A DNA stretch of 37,702 bases from a virus. Its lineage: Duplodnaviria; Heunggongvirae; Uroviricota; Caudoviricetes. The stretch lies in IMG/VR virus record IMGVR_UViG_2681813232_000007; one strand, 5' to 3'. Under the pieces are notes generated by a model. The model saw nothing but the letters and a program-made list of their open reading frames with translations. It was not told the origin of the DNA and did no database searches. Positions 10,739-19,410 of this stretch are shown in pieces; the first letter of the stretch is position 1; every line of letters begins with the position of its first letter. Position numbers and translations under genes: made by a program.

Positions 10739-11215
10739 ATGATGCCAGTTAGCCGTTATCTCTGCATTTTCATAAACGTTCAATTGGGAGAAGCGGCAAA
10801 ACGGGATGTCGGAACCGGTAATAATCAACTCCCGGACATGTCCGCATTTGGTATGTCGCGAAACGGACAAACTGCCTGGGATATTCTCCCAAATGGTATG
10901 ATTCGACAGGCTGGCACTGTGACACTGACACCAGTTGGTAACTTCAACGCGCAGGTGCTTGGTGGGGTGACGTACTACACCCATTACTACAGGGTTAATT
11001 TCCCCAGACAATTCCCAAATGCACAAATAGCAACGCTGGCAACACTAGCGAGTTACAGCTATTCGACCCAGGCAACAATGGCCGGAAAATCACTGGCAAC
11101 GCATCGCGATACTGATTCTGGCACTGACGTATCAAGAACGCGATTCACTGTGGCGTATACGACACCCAATCTCGGCGAAACACCGACACTGCATTTTGAA
11201 GCAATAGGATACTAA
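10739..11215 (+). CDS. alternative tail-fibre C-terminal variable segment (Sv'-like, promoterless until inversion)
   Basis: opposite orientation to H, homologous to the H variable-region start, ends in ...EAIGY like H ends ...IALGY; the 5' end of this ORF upstream of the crossover is probably not translated in this orientation. Confidence 0.6.
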   Translation: MMPVSRYLCIFINVQLGEAAKRDVGTGNNQLPDMSAFGMSRNGQTAWDILPNGMIRQAGTVTLTPVGNFNAQVLGGVTYYTHYYRVNFPRQFPNAQIATLATLASYSYSTQATMAGKSLATHRDTDSGTDVSRTRFTVAYTTPNLGETPTLHFEAIGY

Positions 11216-11217
11216 AT

Positions 11218-11451
11218 ATGGAGAATATCTATTTCAGCCCAACGACCGTTGGTTTTTATGTTTCTGAACAAGAGCGACCTGATGATGCGGTTGAAGTCTC
11301 GCCAGAGGTGGAGGCATTTTTGAGGGAGTGTGTTATCTGGGGAGCGGATACATTTAACGTAGAGCGAGATGCAGCAACGGTGACATATCCAACAGAACTG
11401 CTTGAATATGTCACCACCTACAACGCCCCCGTTAAATATCCTGCGGATTGA
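11218..11451 (+). CDS. tail-fibre assembly protein fragment (U'-like, apparently truncated)
   Basis: 77-aa ORF with a Tfa-like N-terminus (MENIYFSPTTVGFYVSE), lacking the conserved C-terminal Tfa region; convergent with and overlapping the 3' end of the other Tfa gene. Confidence 0.45.
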   Translation: MENIYFSPTTVGFYVSEQERPDDAVEVSPEVEAFLRECVIWGADTFNVERDAATVTYPTELLEYVTTYNAPVKYPAD

Positions 11452-11842
11452 CAGGCCATACGGGTTTTGCTGTATCAACGCGCATCAGCAAGACCCGGTA
11501 TTTTTTCCATTCAGATAACGCGGCGGTTTCTTCTGCCGTCGCGATTTCCGCATCAAAAGCATCCTGTCTCCAGGCTATTTCCTTATCAGCCATAGAACGC
11601 AATACCGTTCTTTTCTGTTCAGCCTGAATAATCTGTTGTTCAGCGGAGAGTGGCGGGATATCAATCCACGCAGGATTACCATTTTTATCAGCCCCCAGCG
11701 TTTTGCCTTGTGGCGCTACGCCTGTGTAAATTGCCATTGTTTCATCATCAACATCAACGCCATTTTCAGGCCATGAACCGGCGCTGATATATACCTCTTT
11801 TAGTGCTTTCGGATAGAAAGAGCCTTTATAAAATTTATTCAT
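11432..11842 (-). CDS. G: tail-fibre assembly chaperone (gpG/U-like)
   Basis: start set to MNKFYKGSFY (ATG at 11842, GGGG Shine-Dalgarno upstream) immediately after the H stop; C-terminal Tfa-like motif SEWKKYRVLLMRVDTAKPVWPVNP. Confidence 0.8.
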   Translation of the reverse strand: MNKFYKGSFYPKALKEVYISAGSWPENGVDVDDETMAIYTGVAPQGKTLGADKNGNPAWIDIPPLSAEQQIIQAEQKRTVLRSMADKEIAWRQDAFDAEIATAEETAALSEWKKYRVLLMRVDTAKPVWPVNPQDI

Positions 11843-11844
11843 TC

Positions 11845-13362
11845 TTAATACCCCAGCGCGATAAAACAACAATCTTCGGTGCCCTCTCCGGATGGCGACC
11901 AGTTCTGAATACTGATATGCGTTCTGCTGGCAATACGCACATTCATCGCGGCATTGTAGCCAGATGTTCCACGGTTTCCGGTCGCAAATAAGCCTGCATA
12001 GGGAAAAGCAAATGGTAAGGCATATCCAGCATCAGCTCCCTTTTGTGTTGCCACCGTTCCCCACTGCAACATAAGTTTCACCGGGTTTCCTGTCGTCGCA
12101 ATGCATGGAATGTAGATGTAGCCATTCCCTGACATCATTGACCTGAAGCTGTCTAAATCCAGTAACTTCGAGGCATTATCTGCTCCAACATCTCGTGTTG
12201 CGGCGGTCCCTAACTGGAGCGCATTTTGGAAGGCTGATACATCAGAAATATCAGCTCCATTAGCCGATTTCTGCATAGCTCCGGAGGCTTTATTTATCGT
12301 TTCGCCCAAACCAAGGTATGCGAGAAGACCAGCTACATCCTTTCCACTCAAATTAGTCAGCGTATTGTCCAGCGGTTGTTTACCTGCCAGCGCATTAAGC
12401 ATTGTCGTGGCAAAGTTCGGGTCATTCCCCAGCGCCGCAGCCAGTTCGTTCAGTGTATCCAGTGCAGCAGGTGCAGACCCCACCATTGCCGCAATTGCCG
12501 ATTTCACAAAAGCCGTGGTGGCAATCTGTGTATTGTTAACCGACTGTGCGGCAGTGGGGGCTGTTGGCGTTCCGGTGAGTGCCGGACTTAACAGCGGCGC
12601 TTTCAGTGCCAGCGCATTGTTAATGGTGGTACTGAATTTCGGGTCATTGTTTATGGCTGCGGCAATTTCTTTCAGCGTGTCCAGCGTGGCTGGCGCACCA
12701 TTAATAAGAGCCGTCAGTGCCACCTGAACAAACGCGGTGGTCGCAACCTGCGTGGTGTTATTCCCCGCCGCTGGCGTTGGCGCTTTGGGTGTCCCGGTAA
12801 ACATAGGACTTTCTTTGGGTGCATACTGTGAATGCGGGTCCGGTGCTGCAAGATGTTTTGCCATCTGATCATCCACGTACACCTTCAGCTCCAGTACCTT
12901 ATCATCCACATACTTGCGGGTTGCCAGCACGACGGCAGGGTCGATTTTCAGGGTGATATTGTCCGTGCTGCTGGTAATCAGCACCATGCGCACGGTCTGG
13001 GTGCGCCCGCTGCCTTCAGCCAGTTGCGGCTTATAGCTTTCCGGGCAGTTGCCCACGGCAATCAATGCCCCGGATTCATCAAACAGGCCCACTTCACGTA
13101 TCCACCAACCGCCCTCGTTTTCAGGGATCACCTGTTCAGCAATAATCTGGCTGCTGTTTTGCGGGTCGATATAGAGCATATTCAGCGCAGCCCGGCGTTT
13201 CTCATTTACCAGTGCAGTCTGCTTTGCGTCCGGCGTTGGTAATGTTCCGCCGCCATCGCCTACCGCCATATGGGTAATTTTTAACGGCACACCGAGCGCG
13301 GCGGCGCTGGCAAGTTTCGCCGCGCCAATATCCGTCAGCAGGGTATAAAATTTTGTGCTCAT
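11845..13362 (-). CDS. H: tail fibre protein H
   Basis: 505 aa; N-terminal ~300 aa resemble P2 gpH by recall (MAVGDGGG, ESYKP.LAEGSGR, LNELAAALGNDPNFATTM.NALAGKQP); C-terminal part variable. Confidence 0.9.
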   Translation of the reverse strand: MSTKFYTLLTDIGAAKLASAAALGVPLKITHMAVGDGGGTLPTPDAKQTALVNEKRRAALNMLYIDPQNSSQIIAEQVIPENEGGWWIREVGLFDESGALIAVGNCPESYKPQLAEGSGRTQTVRMVLITSSTDNITLKIDPAVVLATRKYVDDKVLELKVYVDDQMAKHLAAPDPHSQYAPKESPMFTGTPKAPTPAAGNNTTQVATTAFVQVALTALINGAPATLDTLKEIAAAINNDPKFSTTINNALALKAPLLSPALTGTPTAPTAAQSVNNTQIATTAFVKSAIAAMVGSAPAALDTLNELAAALGNDPNFATTMLNALAGKQPLDNTLTNLSGKDVAGLLAYLGLGETINKASGAMQKSANGADISDVSAFQNALQLGTAATRDVGADNASKLLDLDSFRSMMSGNGYIYIPCIATTGNPVKLMLQWGTVATQKGADAGYALPFAFPYAGLFATGNRGTSGYNAAMNVRIASRTHISIQNWSPSGEGTEDCCFIALGY

Positions 13363-13964
13363 GGATTCACTCTCATTGTGTCAATAACATGGACCGCCCC
13401 GCCTTCATGCGCGGTGCCGCCAGAAATAATTGTTTCGTTGATATACGGATAGATCGTGATTTCTTCACCAAGATAGCTGGCGGCCCCTACCCAGTGCGGG
13501 CCACTAGTTTGCAGATTGATGGACATGCCGATCATGTGACGGCTACATGGTTTGGCATCGCTTATCAGCCGCTCAAGTTCCAGATAGGTATCTTCAGTGA
13601 TGCCCTGGTCTTGCACGCCGATGTCCAGGCGAAACGTGCCCGGTGTTTCTCCAGTCTGCCACCACTCAATAATGCGTATCAGGAAGCCGAACGGCTCCAC
13701 CACCCGCCGCACGGCACTGGTGGTTCCTTTATGCTGATGAATATAAAAAGCATCCTTCACCACCTGGCGCTTGACGCTTTCTGTCCAGCCCTCGTCCCAG
13801 CGATCCACAGAGAACGCCCAGGCGAGATAAGGCAGGAAACTGACCGGACAGGTCGCCGGATCCCACAGGTCACGCAGCGGCACCTGCAAATCAGAAATCC
13901 CGCTGCACGCTTGCGCCAGTCGGCGCTCCAGTGGCGTTGAACCCGGTGGCAGCAGACTATTCAT
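13359..13964 (-). CDS. I: baseplate assembly protein I
   Basis: 201 aa, size and position match P2 gpI; overlaps H start by 4 nt. Confidence 0.85.
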   Translation of the reverse strand: MNSLLPPGSTPLERRLAQACSGISDLQVPLRDLWDPATCPVSFLPYLAWAFSVDRWDEGWTESVKRQVVKDAFYIHQHKGTTSAVRRVVEPFGFLIRIIEWWQTGETPGTFRLDIGVQDQGITEDTYLELERLISDAKPCSRHMIGMSINLQTSGPHWVGAASYLGEEITIYPYINETIISGGTAHEGGAVHVIDTMRVNP

Positions 13965-14865
13965 CCGTTCCTCCGTTGGTTACGCTCCACTGCGTACATG
14001 ATGCCGCCTGTGTTTTGTTCAGGACCACATCCGCCAGAGGGGAAGCCAGCTCCACACGCTGCACACCCTCAACATGCAGGGCGGCAAAGATGGCGCTACG
14101 GCGAATATCCCGACCAAGACGCGTCTGACTGGCGATGTACTTCTGCAGGCTGGCTTTTGCCGCTGCCATTACCGGCTCTGCTTCCGGTCCCGGATAAAGA
14201 AAAATGGTGGCTTCCACTCGGTACGGGATGATTTCTGCGCTGCGAACCGTCAGACGGTCAGCCACCGGGCGGACGTTCTCACTGTTCAGGGCGTTCTCCA
14301 CCACATCCAGCAAGTCTTTTTCTGCAGTTCCGTCGCCTTCGCGGCTAAGGACAGTCAGCACCACCTCTGCAGGTGCCGGGCTGGTTGCACTGGCATCCGC
14401 CACCCGACCGTCGGCGCTTCGGGCATGAAATTCATAAGCGGCAGTTGGCCCCGCAACCGAAAGCCCTTCAAAGGCTGCAGGCACACGCAGGCGTAACGCT
14501 TCATCGCTTTCCATCACAGCCGCAACGGGCGGCACAGCGTCATTATCAGCAGGCGTCACCGTCAGGCGTTTCACGTTGTAGTTGGCAGCGAGCTGGTCAA
14601 GATCGCCGCCCATCGCGTAAGCCACCATCACCGCCTGCGCGGCTTCGTTAATGCGCTGGCGCAGAAGCAACTCACGGTAAGCGTTCTCCTGCAACAATTT
14701 GGTGACTGGTTCAGATTCCAGTTCCAGCGTGCGGATCACTGCTTCCTGCTCATCTTTCGGATGAAGCGCCACAAATTCTGCCTTGCGTTCGGCAAGCAGC
14801 GTCTCAAAGTCCGGCACATCCACAATCTGCGGTGCAGGCAACTGCGAAAGGTCAATCACTGCCAT
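13957..14865 (-). CDS. J: baseplate protein J
   Basis: start set at MAVIDLSQLP (ATG at 14865, AGGAGC upstream); ORF-track start at 14904 is an extension; size then ~302 aa like P2 gpJ. Confidence 0.85.
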   Translation of the reverse strand: MAVIDLSQLPAPQIVDVPDFETLLAERKAEFVALHPKDEQEAVIRTLELESEPVTKLLQENAYRELLLRQRINEAAQAVMVAYAMGGDLDQLAANYNVKRLTVTPADNDAVPPVAAVMESDEALRLRVPAAFEGLSVAGPTAAYEFHARSADGRVADASATSPAPAEVVLTVLSREGDGTAEKDLLDVVENALNSENVRPVADRLTVRSAEIIPYRVEATIFLYPGPEAEPVMAAAKASLQKYIASQTRLGRDIRRSAIFAALHVEGVQRVELASPLADVVLNKTQAASCTQWSVTNGGTDE

Positions 14866-15211
14866 TCTCTGCTCCTGTTGATACGGAAAGGGACACAGGC
14901 ACACCGTTATTCCGCCGCCCGGTCAGCTCCACCACCATTGAACCGTCAAAATTGCTGTTAATAGTGATGGAATCCAGCGTCAGCCGTGGCTCCCAGCGAC
15001 TCAGTGCCACATACACAGCCGACATGACCTGCAGGCGTAACGCCGGATTTTGTGGCTGGTCTATCAGTGCCGACAGCAGGGAACCATATTCCCGACGGGC
15101 AATGCGGCTACCCTGCGGCGTCAGCAAAATGTCCCGCACCGACTGGCGCAGATGGTCAATATCAGTAATGGCTTTACCGCTGGTATTGTTCATCCCGCTA
15201 TAAAGCGTCAT
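14852..15211 (-). CDS. W: baseplate wedge protein W
   Basis: 119 aa, size and position match P2 gpW. Confidence 0.85.
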   Translation of the reverse strand: MTLYSGMNNTSGKAITDIDHLRQSVRDILLTPQGSRIARREYGSLLSALIDQPQNPALRLQVMSAVYVALSRWEPRLTLDSITINSNFDGSMVVELTGRRNNGVPVSLSVSTGAENGSD

Positions 15212-15786
15212 ACCGGGCCTCCGGTTGTGTCGCCGCCTTTCAGGACGCCAGTATGCTGATGTGCATCAACCACAATTCCGTTAGAACTCATTGCACCGCC
15301 GCCCTGGGTAACACCACCATTGATCACTACTTCGCTGTTAATGCGTGTGCGGTCAGCCTCCAGTACAAACTCACTGGTTTTCAGGGTGATGTTGTCGGCA
15401 GCTTCAATGACCATGGATTTGATTCCCCTGACATACCAGCGCCCGGTAGCGGGTTCGTATTCAAACCAGCCACCGTCAGGATGTTCTGTCACACAGGCGT
15501 CCACCGACGCCGACGGTGGTGCGAACTGATTCGAATATACAGCGGGCAGCGCAAAGGCGGTTTCCAGATTGCCGCCCAGACTCAGCAGCACCACCTGCTC
15601 ACCTTCCGATGGTCGCCACCATGTGCGGGCATTACCCGCGCGCAGCGTCAGCCAGTTAATCCAGTTGGTTTCAAGGTCGCCCGTTTTCACCCGACAAAGC
15701 CAGTGTTCCCGGTCCACTTCGGTGACTACACCAGTGCGGATCAGGTTGGTGATAAGGCGCATGATTTCGGTTAATTGTGCGTTCAT
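15208..15786 (-). CDS. V: baseplate spike/hub protein V
   Basis: 192 aa, N-terminus and overall sequence resemble P2 gpV by recall. Confidence 0.85.
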   Translation of the reverse strand: MNAQLTEIMRLITNLIRTGVVTEVDREHWLCRVKTGDLETNWINWLTLRAGNARTWWRPSEGEQVVLLSLGGNLETAFALPAVYSNQFAPPSASVDACVTEHPDGGWFEYEPATGRWYVRGIKSMVIEAADNITLKTSEFVLEADRTRINSEVVINGGVTQGGGAMSSNGIVVDAHQHTGVLKGGDTTGGPV

Positions 15787-15832
15787 AATTTAATCATGCC
15801 GAGATAAGATTGATAAAAAAACTCTTTAGTTT

Positions 15833-15850
15833 TGTGCCAGTTATGATACA
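15833..15850. promoter_or_regulatory. candidate Ogr-binding site (TGT-N12-ACA) of late promoter PV
   Basis: TGTgccagttatgatACA in the 100-bp gap between V and the divergent cargo operon, centred ~55 nt from the V start codon. Confidence 0.5.
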
Positions 15851-15886
15851 AAGTGCATTTACTCATGGACTAAATAAAGGATTCCT

Positions 15887-17146
15887 ATGTTTAGATTATC
15901 TAGTGTCAAGATTGAAGGTTTTTGGGGAAGACTAAATGCATCATGTTCATTTAATGAAGATGTAAATATTATTATTGGTCGAAATGGGACCGGTAAAACA
16001 ACCTTTATGAATATTCTTCACTCAGTTCTGGCATTAGAACTCGAATCACTAAATGAGAATAGTTTTGATAATGTAACAATAAAAATAAAAGAAGGAAGCA
16101 AAACTAAAACAATAAAAGTTGTGAGTAAATTTGACATAACTAAAGCTTTGCCTACGTTTGAATATACAATTTCTAGAAAGAAATATATTATCAGATCCTT
16201 TGAAGATCGTAGACTACCTATATATATGAGGAGAAAATATCAGGAAGACGTTGAAAAACTTAAGTTAGAGTTAGATAAATTAGTTGCTTTATCTTCTCTA
16301 TCAGTTTACCGACTTAGAAGCGGTGAAGATTTTGAAATCAGAGACAAATATGGCTCAAAATTAATCAACCCTGTTGATTACCGATTAGAACAATTATTGC
16401 AGAACCTAACAAAATATCAACTTTATTTATCACAAAGAGCTCGTGATGTTTCTGCAATATTACAGAAAGAGGTTCTTGCTTCTATTCTTTATAGTAAAGA
16501 AGATGGTATCGATGACACATTTAACTTTTCTTTTGATAAAGAAAAAGAACGTAGAAATTTAATAGCTGCATATTCTCAGCTTGGAGCTTTTGATAGTGAT
16601 GTCAGAAAGAAGATTAACTTTCACGTTGAATCTATTGCCAAAACATTTGAAGAATTACGACTTGCAGAAAAAAATAACAGAAATATTTTAAATGTAGATT
16701 ACAGATCATTTGAGGCATTACGAAAGACGCAAAGAATTATAAAGATGTCTTTAAAATCCGAGGAGAAAATAAAAAACATATTTCTTCCTATAAATCTATT
16801 TTTAGAAACATTACATGAGTTCATAACCGATAAAAAATTTAATTTTATCTCCGGTGAGCTAGTAATAGAAAACGAGCATGGGCCGATTAGCCATAGTAAT
16901 TTATCGTCTGGTGAAAAACAGCTATTAATTCTTTTTATTGAAACTTTGCTACAGCAAAACAAACCTTTCATCTATCTTACTGATGAACCAGAATTATCGC
17001 TACATATTGCATGGCAACGAAAAATAATACCTGCAATCAAACAACTTAATCCTAATGCGCAAATTATCGCCGCTACGCATTCACCAGAAGTGGCTTCTAA
17101 ATATCGAAATGCAATCTTTGATATGGAGAAATTGGTTCATGGATGA
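15887..17146 (+). CDS. ABC-type ATPase, candidate anti-phage protein (AriA/AbiLi-like)
   Basis: 419 aa; Walker A GRNGTGKTT (residues 31-39), signature-like LSSGEKQ, Walker B-like FIYLTDEPELSLH; AAGGA Shine-Dalgarno upstream; strongly AT-rich compared with flanking phage genes. Confidence 0.7.
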   Translation: MFRLSSVKIEGFWGRLNASCSFNEDVNIIIGRNGTGKTTFMNILHSVLALELESLNENSFDNVTIKIKEGSKTKTIKVVSKFDITKALPTFEYTISRKKYIIRSFEDRRLPIYMRRKYQEDVEKLKLELDKLVALSSLSVYRLRSGEDFEIRDKYGSKLINPVDYRLEQLLQNLTKYQLYLSQRARDVSAILQKEVLASILYSKEDGIDDTFNFSFDKEKERRNLIAAYSQLGAFDSDVRKKINFHVESIAKTFEELRLAEKNNRNILNVDYRSFEALRKTQRIIKMSLKSEEKIKNIFLPINLFLETLHEFITDKKFNFISGELVIENEHGPISHSNLSSGEKQLLILFIETLLQQNKPFIYLTDEPELSLHIAWQRKIIPAIKQLNPNAQIIAATHSPEVASKYRNAIFDMEKLVHG

Positions 17147-17990
17147 TTTCCATTATTCTGCCGAAGCAGAAAATGTAATGAATTTATTTTACCAAGCTGA
17201 AGCCATGGTTTATGTTGAAGGCCCAGATGATATTTGCTTTTGGGAAATCATCTTTAATAAAGCTAGTTCATTAAAGGTTGAAATCAAAGATGTTGGCGGC
17301 TGTGAAGAATTAAAAAAATATATTGATAGAGTTACTGATGAAGATCTTCAAATTATAATTGCATGTGATGCAGACTTCACTACATTTGAAAATGAGGAAA
17401 ACGCTGATAGTCGCATTGTAAAAACTTATGGGCACTCCATCGAAAACACGTTTATTGACAAAACAGGCATATATAAGGCAATAAAAACTCTAGGAAAATT
17501 ACCTCAAAAGATAATGAACGATGTCAACGTCGATTCTTGGACAGAAGACTTTTATACCAAAATGGAACCCCTAATAAAACTTGATATATACAATCATATT
17601 TATAGAAAAGGCATTTCAGTTATTGGTGACAGTGCAGATCGTTTCATGAAATCTAGAAAATCAAATGAAATTTGCGAGCAAAAAATCACGAGTTACAAAA
17701 ACACCATCATTGAAAAATTAGGTGTGGAACCAGATAACATCGATTCATCTTTCAAATCAAAATCGATAGAATACAGAAAGTGGCTTAGAGGTCATTTTCT
17801 TTTTTCTGCAGTACATAGGTACATTAGCACAACTGCAGAAAAAAATGGAAAAAAAGTATCCTTATCATATGAATCATTATATTCCAATTTAATGAATACA
17901 TTTGAATCCAATTTTACCAATACTCATATTGAGTTTAATCATTACCACGAAAAAATTAAAGCCATAAATATGCCACACGAAATGAAATAA
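17139..17990 (+). CDS. DUF4435/TOPRIM-like putative nuclease, candidate anti-phage effector (AriB/AbiLii-like)
   Basis: start set at MDDFHY (ATG at 17139) overlapping the upstream stop as ATGGATGA; conserved acidic motifs YVEGPDD and IIACDADF consistent with a TOPRIM Glu plus DxD; AT-rich. Confidence 0.65.
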   Translation: MDDFHYSAEAENVMNLFYQAEAMVYVEGPDDICFWEIIFNKASSLKVEIKDVGGCEELKKYIDRVTDEDLQIIIACDADFTTFENEENADSRIVKTYGHSIENTFIDKTGIYKAIKTLGKLPQKIMNDVNVDSWTEDFYTKMEPLIKLDIYNHIYRKGISVIGDSADRFMKSRKSNEICEQKITSYKNTIIEKLGVEPDNIDSSFKSKSIEYRKWLRGHFLFSAVHRYISTTAEKNGKKVSLSYESLYSNLMNTFESNFTNTHIEFNHYHEKIKAINMPHEMK

Positions 17991-18015
17991 GAAAAAATAC
18001 AGATGTATTTTTATA

Positions 18016-18462
18016 TTATGTAGATAACCATTCAAATAGGGTATCCTTGATTTGATAATATTCTTTATCGTGGATACCCAATAGCTTACGCTCTGCGTAA
18101 CGGACCTCAGGTCCTTTGCGACTGACGCGATCACGCAGGCCGTAGTGATGAACGCGGGCAATGCGCTGCACCTTGCCTTCAAACTGCACGCTGGCAGAAT
18201 CGGCGCTGGCGGCAGTTTTCAGGTATTTTGTGGTGCGCAGCTTCGCAAACATCTGACGTTTAATGCGGCCTTTTTTACTGCGTGCTGTTACCCGTCGCGG
18301 TTCATAGCTGCTGCCGTCAGGGTTGCGCTGCATCCTGATATTCTGCTGCTGTGTCCGGCGAAGTTCCTGCGCCAGTTGGCGCATCATACGGCTTCTTGCG
18401 GCTGGCTCCAGATTCGCCAGCAAGGCACTCAGCCAGTCGTCCACCTTCTGCAATTCAGCCAC
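18016..18462 (-). CDS. S: tail completion protein S
   Basis: 148 aa, resembles P2 gpS by recall (DSWLSALLANLEPAAR..., FAKLRT.YLK, VQFEGKVQRIARVH.YGLRDRV.RKGP). Confidence 0.85.
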   Translation of the reverse strand: MAELQKVDDWLSALLANLEPAARSRMMRQLAQELRRTQQQNIRMQRNPDGSSYEPRRVTARSKKGRIKRQMFAKLRTTKYLKTAASADSASVQFEGKVQRIARVHHYGLRDRVSRKGPEVRYAERKLLGIHDKEYYQIKDTLFEWLST

Positions 18463-18907
18463 GTTTCACCGTCCACATTTCTTCAGGTTCATCGGGTTCC
18501 GCTACAGCTTCAACGCTGGACACTGTGCCGTCAGTGCTGACCAGCACACGTTCCGTCAGTTGCAGGTTAAGGCTGATATCACAGACATCGTTGCGCAGAA
18601 TATCCACCTCAAAGGTGAATAACTTTTCCCGTAAAGCGGGATTATTGATGGCATCGGGCTGGTTATCACGCAGCCACAGCAAAACCGGGGCCATCAACAG
18701 ATTCTGGTCACCACTGAAATCCTCTATCACCACGTTCAGGGTGTAGCGGTACTCCCATGACATGGAGCTGGCCCCCGTGGCAACCAGCGAACCGTTATCC
18801 ACAAACAGATGCAGTTTGTCCGGGTTATTACGGACATAAGGCACTGCTTTATTAAGGGCGTGGCGCAGGGATTGTGGTTTGTTCACTGTTTCGCTCCTGA
18901 CACGCAA
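18455..18907 (-). CDS. R: tail completion protein R
   Basis: 150 aa, resembles P2 gpR by recall (FVDNGS, YTLNV...DF.GD..LL..PVL.WLR.NQPD). Confidence 0.85.
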   Translation of the reverse strand: MRVRSETVNKPQSLRHALNKAVPYVRNNPDKLHLFVDNGSLVATGASSMSWEYRYTLNVVIEDFSGDQNLLMAPVLLWLRDNQPDAINNPALREKLFTFEVDILRNDVCDISLNLQLTERVLVSTDGTVSSVEAVAEPDEPEEMWTVKRG

Positions 18908-19139
18908 TAATCATGTCCACTTTGTCTGCACAGACCGCCCAGGCGGCCTCCGTTTCATCCAGCAATGCGTTCAGATCACCGTTAGTGCGCGGCGCTGTCT
19001 GATCCAGCCGACACGGCGTCACTCGCGGACAACCACTGACGGTAAGCTGCACCTCCGGTGAGTGCCGGACGTTCCCGCAGCCGGATAATGTCAACAGGCA
19101 AAGGAGTATCAGCCCAGCGGCGTAAATCCTCGTTCTCAC
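18852..19139 (-). CDS. lysC: outer-membrane spanin lipoprotein (LysC, Rz1-like), nested out of frame in lysB
   Basis: 95 aa with signal peptide and lipobox LTLSGC; starts inside the lysB ORF in another frame and extends past its stop. Confidence 0.75.
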   Translation of the reverse strand: MRTRIYAAGLILLCLLTLSGCGNVRHSPEVQLTVSGCPRVTPCRLDQTAPRTNGDLNALLDETEAAWAVCADKVDMIIACQERNSEQTTIPAPRP

Positions 19140-19410
19140 GTTTCAGTTCTTCGATCCGGCGTTGTCGTTGTCTCAGCTGTGCGCTGGTCTGTTCTGCTTC
19201 GGCATAGAGCCGCGCCTGCTCCCGGTTATTAGTTTCAGTCAGAATGGACAGGCTGATAAGCTGGCTGTTGCTCTTTGCCAGTGCCTGACTTTTGCTCTGC
19301 AGCTCGTCTGCCTGCGTGCTGATGGTCTGGCTGGCATCAGCCAGCCGCCACGTCTGCCAGCCCAGCGCCGCCAGTAATAACGCCAGCACAACCAGCAGCA
19401 ACCGGTTCAT
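18982..19410 (-). CDS. lysB: inner-membrane spanin (LysB, Rz-like)
   Basis: 142 aa, N-terminal transmembrane helix then coiled-coil region. Confidence 0.8.
   Translation of the reverse strand: MNRLLLVVLALLLAALGWQTWRLADASQTISTQADELQSKSQALAKSNSQLISLSILTETNNREQARLYAEAEQTSAQLRQRQRRIEELKRENEDLRRWADTPLPVDIIRLRERPALTGGAAYRQWLSASDAVSAGSDSAAH

Larger units (their letters stand above)
10720..12285. other. invertible tail-fibre host-range segment (G-segment-like); boundaries approximate
   Basis: architecture Sc-Sv-U / U'-Sv' next to the invertase; protein-level homology between the H region QLGTAATRDVGADNASKLLDLDSF and the plus-strand ORF region QLGEAAKRDVGTGNNQLPDMSAF marks the two junctions; exact crossover sites not resolved. 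Confidence 0.55.

Noticed and set aside
10712-11026. N-terminal 105-codon extension of the invertase ORF
   Set aside because: Gin/Hin-family invertases begin at MLIGYVRVS; the extension overlaps the Sv'-like ORF on the other strand and has no homology.
12365-12727. 120-aa plus-strand ORF
   Set aside because: Antisense within tail fibre gene H; Ala/Ser-rich artefact of the repetitive fibre coding sequence.
15787-15886. Sigma-70 promoter for the ATPase operon (TTGATA ... TATGAT)
   Set aside because: The two hexamers are ~26 nt apart, outside the functional 16-19 nt spacing; no convincing alternative -35 found by eye.
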